A stretch of 64,000 nt of DNA from an uncultured Oscillospiraceae bacterium (GTDB taxonomy: Bacteria; Bacillota; Clostridia; Christensenellales; Aristaeellaceae), in NCBI GenBank assembly GCA_964512175.1, contig CAZEIC010000001.1, positions 2,306 to 66,305 of the forward strand, in the 5' to 3' direction. Below are positions 46,475 to 56,367 of the stretch, piece after piece (position 1 is the stretch's first letter; each line of letters opens with the position of its first letter). Both the position numbers and the translations under genes were made by a program. The notes beneath the pieces were generated by a model. It saw only the letters and a list, made by a program, of their open reading frames with translations, was not told the origin of the DNA and made no database searches.

Positions 46475-48018
46475 CAACTCCAATACTTTCCGTCCATCGA
46501 GCGATACTGCACCGCCTCCGCCATGCACGCGGGCGTGACCGTTTCCTCGCCGGACAAATCGGCGATCGTCTGCGCGACGCGGCGCAGGCGGTCGTAGGCG
46601 CGCATGCTCATGCCGAACCTGTCCATCGCGAGCGTCAGCAGCTTGCGCGCTTCCTCCGTCATCAGGCAAAACGCGTCCAGCGCGCTTGCCGGAAGCTGCG
46701 CGTTACAGTGGTACGGCGTGCCCGCGAACCTTTGCGCCTGCCTGTCCCGCGCGCGCTGCACGCGCTCGCGCACGGCGCGCGTGCCCTCGGCGGCGGGCGC
46801 GGACGCGACCTCGGCGACCGGCACGGCGTCCACCTCGACTTGGATGTCGATGCGGTCCAGCAGCGGTCCCGACACGCGGGCGAGGTATTTACGGATCTCA
46901 TGCTCCGAGCAGCGGCACTTTTTCATGCGGCTGCCGTAAAAGCCGCACGGGCACGGATTCATGCTGGCAACCAGCATGCAGCGGGACGGGTACTGCGTGC
47001 GCGCGCGGACGCGCGAGATCGTCGCCACGCCGTCCTCCAGCGGCTGCCGGAGCGCCTCGAGCGCCGAACGCGGGTATTCGGGCAGCTCGTCCAGAAACAG
47101 AACGCCGTTGTGCGCCAGCGAGATCTCGCCCGGCGCGGCGTTGGAGCCGCCGCCCACCAGCGCGGGCATCGACGCGGAATGATGCGGCGTGCGGAAGGGA
47201 CGCTCGGTCATCAGCCCCGCGTCCGGCGGCAGCAGCCCCGCGACGCTGTGGATGCGCGTCGTTTCAAACGCCTCGTCGAGCGTCATTTGCGGCAATATGC
47301 CCGGCAGGCAGCGCGCGAGCATCGTTTTGCCGCTGCCCGGCACGCCGACCATCAGCAGGTTATGTCCGCCCGCCGCCGCGACCTCCAGCGCCCGACGCGC
47401 GCCCTGCTGCCCGCGTATCTGCGCAAGGTCGCAGCGGATGTCCTGCGCGGACAGCAGCGCTTCATAGGCGACCTGTTCCTGCGCGGGGATGGGGTCGCGC
47501 CCGCAAAGGTGCGCGACGGCTTCCGAAAGCGAGCGCGCGGGGTGCACGTTCAAGCCCTGCACCGCCTGCAATTCCTTGGCGTTCCCGGCAGGCAGGATGA
47601 TGTCCCGGATACCGTGCGCCTGCGCGCCCAGCGCGATCGCCAGCGCGCCGCGCACCGGCACGAGCCGCCCGTCGAGCGCAAGCTCGCCCACCAGCAGCGG
47701 TTCGCTCTGTACGCGCGCCGCCGCCTGACGGCTCGCGAAGATCAGCGCGACGGCAATCGACAGATCGAACGCCGCGCCCTCCTTGCGCAAATCGGCGGGC
47801 GAAAGGCTGACGGTCGTCTGCCCCATCGGCATGGCAAAACCCGAATTGCGCAGCGCGGCGCTCACGCGGTCGCGGCTCTCGCGCACGGCGGTGTCGGGCA
47901 GCCCCGCCATCGCAAACACCTGCGCGCCCCCGCCGCCGGCGCAGTACGCCTCGACCGTCACAAGCTCGCCCTCGACCCCCGTCAGGGCAAAGCACAGCGT
48001 TCGCGCGAGCATGGGCAT
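46474..48018 (-). CDS. comM: YifB/ComM-family Mg-chelatase-like AAA+ ATPase
   Basis: The N-terminal Lon-protease-like domain is followed by Walker A MVGVPGSGKTMLA and Walker B VLFLDELPE. The Cys cluster is NPCPCGFYGS...CRC. Confidence 0.92.
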   Translation of the reverse strand: MPMLARTLCFALTGVEGELVTVEAYCAGGGGAQVFAMAGLPDTAVRESRDRVSAALRNSGFAMPMGQTTVSLSPADLRKEGAAFDLSIAVALIFASRQAAARVQSEPLLVGELALDGRLVPVRGALAIALGAQAHGIRDIILPAGNAKELQAVQGLNVHPARSLSEAVAHLCGRDPIPAQEQVAYEALLSAQDIRCDLAQIRGQQGARRALEVAAAGGHNLLMVGVPGSGKTMLARCLPGILPQMTLDEAFETTRIHSVAGLLPPDAGLMTERPFRTPHHSASMPALVGGGSNAAPGEISLAHNGVLFLDELPEYPRSALEALRQPLEDGVATISRVRARTQYPSRCMLVASMNPCPCGFYGSRMKKCRCSEHEIRKYLARVSGPLLDRIDIQVEVDAVPVAEVASAPAAEGTRAVRERVQRARDRQAQRFAGTPYHCNAQLPASALDAFCLMTEEARKLLTLAMDRFGMSMRAYDRLRRVAQTIADLSGEETVTPACMAEAVQYRSMDGKYWS

Positions 48019-48037
48019 CCCCCCGTCTTTCGTAGCG

Positions 48038-51000
48038 TCAATACCAAATCCAGTTCTGGAATATGCGGACGGCTTCCATCCACGAGATGGGCGCCATCAC
48101 GCCGCTGGCATACGGGAAATACGCGATGAACACGGCGGCGGCAAGCGCGATGAACCCCCATGCCGCCCATTTGCCGATTTTGGGCGCAACGTCATATAGC
48201 CAGTCAAAGCACAGCGCGATGCACAGGATGATGAACGGCACGCTGGTGAAGTAGTGGTAGATGTACGTCCCGCGCGGCACGAACATCCACGGAACGAACT
48301 GCGCGGCGTAGGAAATCAGCAGCAGCGCGGGGCGCATGTCGTTTTCCTTGGTGTGCAGCGCCGGAACGCCCGCGCGCACATGCCGCCAGATCATGACGCA
48401 CAGCGCGACGACCGCCGCCAGCAGCCCGCCCCACCAGATGGCGAGGTTGCCCAGCGCCGTGATGCTCACCGCCATGCCGAACGGCTCGAACTTGCCTTGA
48501 TGGTAGAAAATGGGCTGTAAGCACAGCGGCCACTCGTACCACGGCGAGGCGAACGGGTGATCCGCGCCGCGCCCCGGCTCGGAATGGTATTCCAGCATGC
48601 CCTGCGCCGCCTGCACGACGCGCTCGAGCGACACGCCGCCAGCCGCGCGGAAGTACGGGATATAGGACAGGTAGTAAATCAGCGCGGGAATGGCGACGAA
48701 GAACGCGAGGCAACACGCGAGCGTCAGCAGGATGCGCTTGTTGGCGGTCTGCGCGGCGACCTCGATGACGGCGTCGCGCGCGAACGGTGTCTCTGGCTTT
48801 TCCTTGCGTTTCCTCGGCTTATCCCTTTGCGCGAGCATCGCGCGCGCGCAAACGCCCTCGCGCCAGCGCCTGTACATCGACCAGAAGAAGACGACCGCCA
48901 GCCCAACGCCCGCGTAGCAGCCCGTCCATTTGCTGGCGACCGCCAGCCCGAAAAACAGCCCCGACAGCCCCAGCGGCACGAGCGTTTTCCAGAAGGGCAC
49001 GGCGAAAAAGTCCATCAATACGTACCGGAACATGCAGTAGGACGCAAGGATGATGAACAGCACCACGAAGCTGTCGATGGTGGCGATGCGCGTCTGCGTG
49101 AAGTGCATGCAGTCCAGCGCCAGCAGCAGCATCGGCATCGCGGCAAGCAGCCGGCGTTTTGTCAGAAGTTTGCCCAGCATATACATGCCCGGCAGCATCA
49201 ACACGCCGCAGAGCGCGCCCGCGAAGCGCCAGCCGAACGGCGTCATGCCGAAGATGGCGATCGCCCAGCTGATGAACACCTTGCCAAGCGGCGGGTGCGA
49301 AGTCTCGTAGGTGCGCAGCCCGTGCAGATGCTCGTAACCCGTGCGCGCGTGGTACATCAAAATACATGCTGTTGAACCACGAAGGCTCGTCGGTCATCAC
49401 GGTTTGCTCGTCGATCAGCGCCTGCGCGTCTTCCAGCGCCTCCACGCCTTCTTCCAACACCAGCGACACCGGCAATACCTCGCCCGTGTCCGCGTCGCGG
49501 AACTGGATCTCCCAGATGTCGATGCCGATGTCCTTGGCGGTCAGCAGGATATAGCGCCCCTGCATCTCGCGCGTGGCGGCGAGGTAGGAGATCGCGCCCG
49601 GCTCGCCCGCCGTCTCAACGACGTACTTCCACTGGTAGCAGTCGCCGTCGGTCAGGCAGGCGTAGTACGCCTCGCCGTAGTACGCGCCGTCCTCGCTCGT
49701 CTGCAAGGTAAACTCCGAGTTCTGCGGCCAGTGGATGCCGCCGTAATACAGCGCCCGGAAACGCCGTGTTTCGCCCAAATCGAGCACCACCTGCTCGTCC
49801 CATTCATGCGCCGTCCAGCTCGTCTGCGGCGCTTGCGTCGCGCCGAGATTGACCAGCGCGAGCACGGCGTACAAAGCCGTCGCCGTCAGCATGATCAGCC
49901 AGTCTTTTTTGTCCATTCGCCTTGTCTCGGGCGGGTTGCGCAGCGTGCGCGCCGCGTGCGATTCCAGCGGCGCGTCCTGCCGCGTCGGCGCTTCGCGAGC
50001 GGCAGACAGCGGCGGCAGCGGCGCTCTGTCCGGGTCGGTGACGGCGCCGGACAGATACAGCGCGTAAGCCAGCGCCGCGCAGTTGAGCGCCGAGAGAAGA
50101 TACTCCAGCGCGGCGGAATCGCTCTCGATGCCCGCCACGGGCGCTTGCAGGTGCGCCGCCGCGCCGCCGATGCGGATGTTTCTGTCCAGCACGAGCGACA
50201 CGTTGAGGAACACCGTCGCCATCAGAAGGATGGCAAGCCATAGCGCGCGCCTGTCCTTTTCCAGCGCGTAAGCGACGAGGAACAGCGGCACGGCGGCGAA
50301 CAGGTAGCGCTCGTGCATCATGCCGCCCAGCACGAACATCGCAAGCAGCAGCACGCCGCCCATGAACGGCAGATGCCGGATGGAGCGCCCGCGGAAGTAG
50401 ACAGCGGCGGCGCAGACGACGCACACGCAGAGCATCAGCGCGCTATACGCGCCGTAGGTCATCGCAACGGGCAGCAGCGCGATTTGCGCGAGCACGCACA
50501 GCGCGATGTACGGCGCGGGCGCGCGCAGGTCTAGCAGCTTCTTATAGTCGCCTTTCGCGCGCCAGACCAGCCAGCCGAGCGCCGGCAGGAACAGGCAGAT
50601 CGCTGTAAAGCGCAGACCGAAGGGCGCAAGCGTCCCGGCGGGCGTCCAGTTCTTGCCAAACAGGAAGTACAGGTTGCAGCCGTTGACCGAGGCGTAGCCG
50701 TACTGCCCCATCGTGTCGCCGTATAGTTCGAGCAGCCAGCCGACGCCGCCCATGTTCACCGAGAACGGCGCGATAACGGCGATCGCCAGCACAAGCGCCG
50801 CGCCCAGCCCAATCAGCATGTCGCGCAGCGTCTTTTTATCGAAATGCCAGACAAGCTCGCAAATCAGCGCCATCAGCCCCAACGGCCCGAACATCAACGC
50901 CTGCGGCTTCATGAGCACCGACAGCATGTATACAGGCAGCGCGAAGCGCCACTTGCCGTCCGCCGCGAAAAGCACGGTCAACAGAATCAGCAGCGTCAGC

Positions 51001-52145
51001 ACGCTGTCGGTTTGCCCCCATGCGGCGCTGGTCGCAAACGCCATCGGCGAAAACGCGAACAGCATGGACAGCGCGGCGGCGGCGGTCGCGGGCAGGTACC
51101 GCTTTCCGATATAATAGAGCGTCAGCGCGATGCCGATATCGCAGAGGATGGGCGGCAGCTTGACCGCCAGCTCGCTCGCGCCCGCCCCGCCCGACAGCGC
51201 GTCGACCAGCCAGAGCACGAGCATATAGGCGGGCGGATAATCGCTGTGCCCCGCCCCGAGGTAGAAATTCGCAGGACCGCCCGCGCCCATGGCGCTCGCC
51301 CAGCCCCGGAAACAGCCGATGTCCACGTCGTACCCCGGAATCGTCCCGGCGATCAGCAGCCGCAGCCCCAGCGCGACCAGCAGCAGCGCGCCCAGTGCAA
51401 ACGGCACGGCGCGCTCGCGCTTGTCATCGAGCGCTTTCATCTCGCGCATGCCGTCCATGTAACGCGCGAGGAACGCGCAGACGGCGCACGCGGCGAGCGC
51501 GACCGGCAGCAGCCACCGCCACGCGGGCGAAGGCTCGTCCGAGGCGGGCTGCGCGGAAGCGACCTGATACAGCTTCTGCAGCGCGTACCCCGACGGCACG
51601 CTGTCCACGCGCATGAGGCTCACGCTGTCGAACGTCGCCTCGCCCGTCGCCTCGCCCGAATACCCGCCGAGCCGCGCGAAGACCGTCAGCCGCGTCTGCG
51701 ATTCGCCCGTTTGCCCGTAAAGCGCGATTTCGCGCCATTCGCCGCCGGTGTCGTACACAGCGTCCGACAGGGCGTTCACACCCTCGACCGACACGTTCGC
51801 GCCGTACCCGCCCGCGCAGTCCGCCTTGACGCGCGCGGTGAGCCTGTACATCGTGTTTGGCGACACCGAGACGATTTGCGCGAAACGCGCGTCGTTGGCG
51901 GCGTGGTTGACGATCGTGACAACGCCGTTCTCCGCGGAATACTCGGTGTACCCGGGCGTGGCGATCCACGCGTCGGTATACCACTGGCTCGGCAGCCCGG
52001 CGGCGTCGAGCGCCTCAAACTCGGTGTTGGCAAGCAGCTCCTCATACGTGCCGCCGCCCGAGCGACCGCCCGTAAGCAGCAAAACGGCGGCCGCGATCGC
52101 GACGAGCGCGGCGGCGATGATGATCCACAGTGTCTTTTTGTTCAT
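48038..52145 (-). pseudogene. Giant membrane glycosyltransferase gene interrupted by a frameshift near 49355. The upstream part (52145..~49356) has a TM anchor, a CBM-like domain, a GT-C-like polytopic domain and a discoidin-like domain. The downstream part (49360..48038) is a PMT/GT39-type glycosyltransferase.
   Basis: The two listed ORFs (48819..52145 and 48038..49360) overlap in different frames. The meaningful sequence of the first ends at ...SWFNSMYFD. The second begins (L)MYHARTGYEHLHGLRTYETSHPPLGK, a PMT-family N-terminus. The remaining roughly 180 codons of the first ORF are Arg/Ala-rich off-frame sequence. Confidence 0.7.
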
Positions 52146-52154
52146 GGTCGCTCC

Positions 52155-52490
52155 TCAAAACGCGCCGGGATAGTGGTTCACGCCCGCCGCCGTGATATCC
52201 AGAATATCAAAGCGCGCGTCGGGCTTGGGATGAAACCTTTGCATGTAGCCTTCCGCCGCGCGGCGCACCCTGCGGCGCTTGTCCGCGTCCACAGCCGCAG
52301 CGCCCGCGCCGATGCGCCCCGACGGGCGGTACTTGACCTCGAAGAACACGAGCAAGCCGTCTTTCCTTGCGATCAAATCGATTTCGCCGCCCGCCGCGCG
52401 GTACCTGCTAGCCACCACGCGGTAGCCATTCGCTTTCAGGTATCGCCGCGCGAGCAGCTCGCCCCGTATGCCGAGAAGGTATGCGTTCAT
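52155..52490 (-). CDS. yraN: YraN-family (UPF0102) endonuclease-like protein
   Basis: GELLARRYLKANGYRVVASRYRAAGGEIDLIA...VFFEVKYR is the characteristic PD-(D/E)xK pattern of this family. Confidence 0.85.
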   Translation of the reverse strand: MNAYLLGIRGELLARRYLKANGYRVVASRYRAAGGEIDLIARKDGLLVFFEVKYRPSGRIGAGAAAVDADKRRRVRRAAEGYMQRFHPKPDARFDILDITAAGVNHYPGAF

Positions 52491-53107
52491 ACGTTGATAA
52501 AATGCCCGATGAAGCTGCGCCTATGCGCGGGGCACGCGCCGCACGCGCGGAGCGCGGCGATGTGCTCGGGCGTGCCGTAGCCCTTGTGCTTGGCAAAGCC
52601 GTACTCCGGATACAGCGCGTCGAGCAGCAGGCAATCCTTGTCGCGCGTGACCTTGGCGACGACGCTCGCCGCCGCGATCGAATAGGAAAGCGCGTCGCCG
52701 TGCTCGATGGCGCGCGTTTCGCCGGGCAACCCCAGCCCCGTCACGGCGTCCACCAGAAAAATCTGCGCGCCCGCGCCCTCCGCCGCGCGGCGCATGGCGT
52801 TCTTCGTCGCCTGCAATATGTTGATATCGTCGATTTCGGCGGGTGACGCTTTGCCTACGCCCACAAACAGCGCCGTTTGCAGGATCTCCTCGTAGACCTG
52901 CTCGCGCCGCGCGGGCGAAAGTTTCTTGGAATCGTCCACCCACGGCAGCAGCGGATACGGCGGCATCACGACGCACGCGGCGACCACGTCCCCGGCAAGC
53001 GGGCCTCTGCCCGCCTCGTCGATACCCGCCACGCGCATGCCCAGCGCCCACAGCGCCGCGTCGTGCGCGGCGAGCGCCTCAACCCTTTGCAGCCTGCTCT
53101 GTCGCAT
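52487..53107 (-). CDS. rnhB: Ribonuclease HII
   Basis: Motifs include AGIDEAGRGPLAGDVV, DDSKKL and GYGTPEH. Confidence 0.93.
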   Translation of the reverse strand: MRQSRLQRVEALAAHDAALWALGMRVAGIDEAGRGPLAGDVVAACVVMPPYPLLPWVDDSKKLSPARREQVYEEILQTALFVGVGKASPAEIDDINILQATKNAMRRAAEGAGAQIFLVDAVTGLGLPGETRAIEHGDALSYSIAAASVVAKVTRDKDCLLLDALYPEYGFAKHKGYGTPEHIAALRACGACPAHRRSFIGHFINV

Positions 53108-53948
53108 CGTCCTCTACCTTTTCCAGCGTGATGCGCCCCAGCTTGCCCGCGCGGAACTCGTCCAGCACCACGGCGCAAGCGCGGTCGATGTCGTATTCGC
53201 CGCCGCGCAGCAGAAAGCCGCGTCCCTTGCAGACCGCTTCCATCAGCGCCAGCCCCGAAAGCGTGGTATCCTTGACTTTGAAACGCTCGGCGACCGCATC
53301 GGGCGCGGCGGCGAGCAAGTCCGTCATGAGCGACAGCGCCAGCGCGTACACGTCGAGCACCTCGTCGCGAATCGTGCCGATGTAGGAAAGCCGCTTGGCG
53401 GCGAGCGCGTCCGACAGCCGCGGCCACAGCAAGCCCGGCGTGTCCAGCAATTCCAGATAATCGTTGACGCGCACCCACTGGTTGGCGCGCGTCACGCCCG
53501 GACGGTCGCCGACCTTGGCGACTGCGCCGCCGTGCAGCCGGTTGATCAGCGTGCTTTTGCCGACGTTGGGCACGCCCACGACCATCGCGCGCACCGTCTT
53601 TTTGATGCCGCGCGCGGCGGCGCGCTCCACGGTGTCCCGCGCCGCGCGGTCGATGAGCGAAAGTGCCTCGCCCGCCTTCGCCTGCGAGTTGACGGCGGCG
53701 CAAAAGCGGTATTCGTGCGCGCGGAAATACGCGAGCCAGCGCTGCGTCTCGCGCGCTTCCGCGAGATCCGCCTTGTTGAGCAGCAACACGCGCTGCTTGC
53801 CCTCGGTCAGCTGCGCAAGGTCGGGATTGCGGCTGGACAGCGGCAGCCGCGCGTCGCACAATTCGACGACGACGTCCACGCGCATGAGCTGGTCGATGAG
53901 CAGGCGTTTCGCTTTCGCCATGTGCCCGGGATACCAGTTGATCTGCAT
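53079..53948 (-). CDS. rbgA: Ribosome biogenesis GTPase A (YlqF/RbgA)
   Basis: The protein starts MQINWYPGHMAKA. The GTPase motifs are circularly permuted (LLNKADL ... VGVPNVGKSTLINRL ... DTPG). Confidence 0.92.
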   Translation of the reverse strand: MQINWYPGHMAKAKRLLIDQLMRVDVVVELCDARLPLSSRNPDLAQLTEGKQRVLLLNKADLAEARETQRWLAYFRAHEYRFCAAVNSQAKAGEALSLIDRAARDTVERAAARGIKKTVRAMVVGVPNVGKSTLINRLHGGAVAKVGDRPGVTRANQWVRVNDYLELLDTPGLLWPRLSDALAAKRLSYIGTIRDEVLDVYALALSLMTDLLAAAPDAVAERFKVKDTTLSGLALMEAVCKGRGFLLRGGEYDIDRACAVVLDEFRAGKLGRITLEKVEDDATEQAAKG

Positions 53949-54090
53949 GCGAGCCTCTTTTTCCAGAATTTGTCATACAAACCCAATGTCGAGTTTTCCT
54001 TATAGTAATATCATGCTTTCCACTAAAAAGCAAGGAACATTTTCATATTTTACAGTTCGTTTGCACATGCTACCGGGCGAGGTGAACTGC

Positions 54091-56304
54091 ATGCAGGCGA
54101 TCATCATGGCGGGCGGCGAGGGCGTGCGCCTGCGTCCCATGACGCTCGACAGACCCAAGCCCATCGTCCCGCTGCTGGGCGAGCCGGTCATGGGCTACGC
54201 CCTCAAGCTCCTCAAAAGCCACCGCGTGACCGATGTGACCGCGACGCTCTATTACCGCCCCAAGGACGTGCGCGCCGCCTTCGGCAAGGGCGAGCGCTAT
54301 GGCGTGCGCATGCGGTATCAGGAGGAAGCCGTGCAGATGGGCACGGCGGGCGGCGTGCTGCTGGCGGGCGCGCACGTCAAGGGCACGTTCCTCGTGCTCT
54401 CGGGCGACGGGCTGACAGACTGCGATCTGTCCGACGCGCTCAAATTCCACAAAGAAAAGGGCGCGCTGGCGACGCTCGTCGTCAAGCGCGTGCCCGTGCC
54501 GCTCGCATACGGGCTGGTGCTGACGGACGAAGGCGGGCGCATCAAGCGGTTCATCGAGAAGCCGGGCTGGCGGCAGGCGTATTCCGATTTGTGCAACACC
54601 GGGTTGTATATATTGGAGAGGCGGCTGTTGGACGCGATCCCCGAGGGCGTGCCCTACGACTTTGGCAAGCAGCTTTTCCCGGCGCTGCTCGAAAAAGGCG
54701 AGAAGCTGTACGCCTACGAAACGCCGGGGTACTGGTGCGACGTGGGCGATCAGGCGGCGTATCTGCGCGCCCAGCGCGACCTCATGGCGGGTAAAGTACG
54801 CGTCGCGCTGCCCGACTGCGTGCGCATTTCCGACGGCGCGTGGCGCGACGCTTCGGCGCGCGTGCATGAGAGCGCCGTGCTCGAGGACGGCTGCTACATC
54901 GGCGAGAACGCGATCGTCGGCGCGGGCGCGCGGCTGTCGCGCTGCTGCCTGTGGCGCGGCGCGCGGGTGCGCGAGAAAAGCGAACTGGCGGGATGCGTCG
55001 TCTGCGATCGCGCGACGGTCGGCGTTTCGGCGCGGCTGTCGCAGGATACCGCGCTCGCAGCAGGCGCGTCGGTCGGCGCGCGCGCGTTCCTCGCGCCCGG
55101 GGTGAAGGTCTACCCGTCGCTGCGCGTCGCGCCCGACGCGGTCGCGATGGAAACGGTCATCTACGGCGACTACGCGTGCCCGCGCTTTGAGGAAATCGCC
55201 TCGCCCCAGCAGGCGTGCGCGCTGGTTTCCGCGCTCTGCCGCGCGCGCCCCGCCAAACGCGTGGTATTGCAGCGCACCGAGGGCGCGGAGGCGCTCTATC
55301 ACGTCGTGGCGGGCGCGCTTTTGCGCATGGGCGCGGACGTGATCCTCGCCGATCTCGGCACGCCCGGCATGCTCGCGGCGCTCGTGCGCGCGCTGCGCGC
55401 GGGGCAGGGCGTGTTCGTGCATCAGGACGCGCTCGACGCGCGCGATCAGCGCGGACTGCCCTATCCCCGTCCGGCGCTCGCCGCCGTCGAGCAGGCGGCG
55501 CTTCGCCGCGAGGGCGACCAGCCGAGCGAGCAGCCCGGTCAGACAAGCGCGTTCACGGGCGCGGTGGAGGTATACGCGGCAAGCCTGCCCGACGCGCCCG
55601 CCGCGTGCGCCGCGCTGCCCATCGCCGTCGTCTCGCAAAGCTCGCATATTCGCGCGCTCGCACGCGAGGTGCTGACCCGAAAAGGCATGAAAAACGCGCG
55701 CGTGACCGACGATCAGGCGCTGCTTCCCGGCGAGACGGGCTTTCTGCTCCCCTCGGACGGAACGCGCGCGCTGGCGTATGCGTCCGGCGTCACGCCGCCC
55801 GAGGAAACGCAGGCGCTGCTGCTGGCGCGCGCGCTCGCGAACGCGGGCGAGCAAACGCTCTATGCCTTTGACGGCTTGCCGTCGGCGGCGGAGACGCTCG
55901 CGCCCGTGCAGCCGCCGGACGGCAGCGAAGCCTGCGCGCGACAAACGCTGATGTGGTCGGACGGTCTTTCACGCATGCTGCTGACGCTGCCGCTGCTGAT
56001 GGAGCGTCCGCTGGACGGCTTGCTCGCCGCGCTGCCCGCCGCGCACATGATATCACGCGACGTGCCCTGCCCCGCCTCCGGCAAGAGCCGCGTGCTGCGC
56101 GCGCTCGCGGATACGGGCGGCGACGTGACGCTCGGCAGCGGCGTGCGCATCCACGATATGCGCGGCACCGCTTCCATCCTGCCCGACGAAACCCGCGCGA
56201 GCGTGCGCGTCACGGCGGAATCGGCAAACGCCGAGTTCGCCTGCGAACTGTGCGATTTCTATTCGGACAGGGTCGCGAAAGCCGCGCGCGGGGAAACAGA
56301 ATGA
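54091..56304 (+). CDS. Sugar-1-phosphate nucleotidyltransferase with a left-handed beta-helix region, fused to a degenerate phosphohexomutase-like C-terminal half
   Basis: The N-terminus is MQAIIMAGGEGVRLRPMT. Hexapeptide-repeat-like sequence follows. The C-terminal roughly 400 aa are collinear with PGM/PMM domains but carry no TASHNP-type phosphoserine loop. An in-frame ATG at 54067 is an alternative start. Confidence 0.8.
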   Translation: MQAIIMAGGEGVRLRPMTLDRPKPIVPLLGEPVMGYALKLLKSHRVTDVTATLYYRPKDVRAAFGKGERYGVRMRYQEEAVQMGTAGGVLLAGAHVKGTFLVLSGDGLTDCDLSDALKFHKEKGALATLVVKRVPVPLAYGLVLTDEGGRIKRFIEKPGWRQAYSDLCNTGLYILERRLLDAIPEGVPYDFGKQLFPALLEKGEKLYAYETPGYWCDVGDQAAYLRAQRDLMAGKVRVALPDCVRISDGAWRDASARVHESAVLEDGCYIGENAIVGAGARLSRCCLWRGARVREKSELAGCVVCDRATVGVSARLSQDTALAAGASVGARAFLAPGVKVYPSLRVAPDAVAMETVIYGDYACPRFEEIASPQQACALVSALCRARPAKRVVLQRTEGAEALYHVVAGALLRMGADVILADLGTPGMLAALVRALRAGQGVFVHQDALDARDQRGLPYPRPALAAVEQAALRREGDQPSEQPGQTSAFTGAVEVYAASLPDAPAACAALPIAVVSQSSHIRALAREVLTRKGMKNARVTDDQALLPGETGFLLPSDGTRALAYASGVTPPEETQALLLARALANAGEQTLYAFDGLPSAAETLAPVQPPDGSEACARQTLMWSDGLSRMLLTLPLLMERPLDGLLAALPAAHMISRDVPCPASGKSRVLRALADTGGDVTLGSGVRIHDMRGTASILPDETRASVRVTAESANAEFACELCDFYSDRVAKAARGETE

Positions 56305-56332
56305 TCCGCCTTGACGCGTTTTGGAAAAAGCC

Positions 56333-56361
56333 TTGACATCCTCGCGCGACAAACATATAAT
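56333..56361 (+). promoter_or_regulatory. Consensus sigma-70 promoter of the candidate small RNA
   Basis: TTGACA (56333-56338), exactly 17 nt of spacer, and TATAAT (56356-56361). Confidence 0.75.
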
Positions 56362-56367
56362 AACATC

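Noticed and set aside
43316-46597. A 1,093-aa ORF on the plus strand
   Set aside because: It lies antisense to topA and dprA, whose products are unmistakable. Its translation is Arg/Ala/His-rich low-complexity sequence, typical of off-frame reading in GC-rich DNA, and it carries no motifs.
48819-49355. The C-terminal ~180 codons of the 1,108-aa ORF
   Set aside because: After ...SMYFD the translation turns into Arg/Ala/His-rich sequence, while the overlapping frame encodes a clean PMT-type membrane domain. This tail is an out-of-frame read-through, not a real domain.
53464-54090. The 209-codon N-terminal extension of the 946-aa ORF
   Set aside because: This part is antisense to rbgA and has no protein-like sequence. 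The recognisable nucleotidyltransferase N-terminus (MQAIIMAGGEG) begins at 54091.
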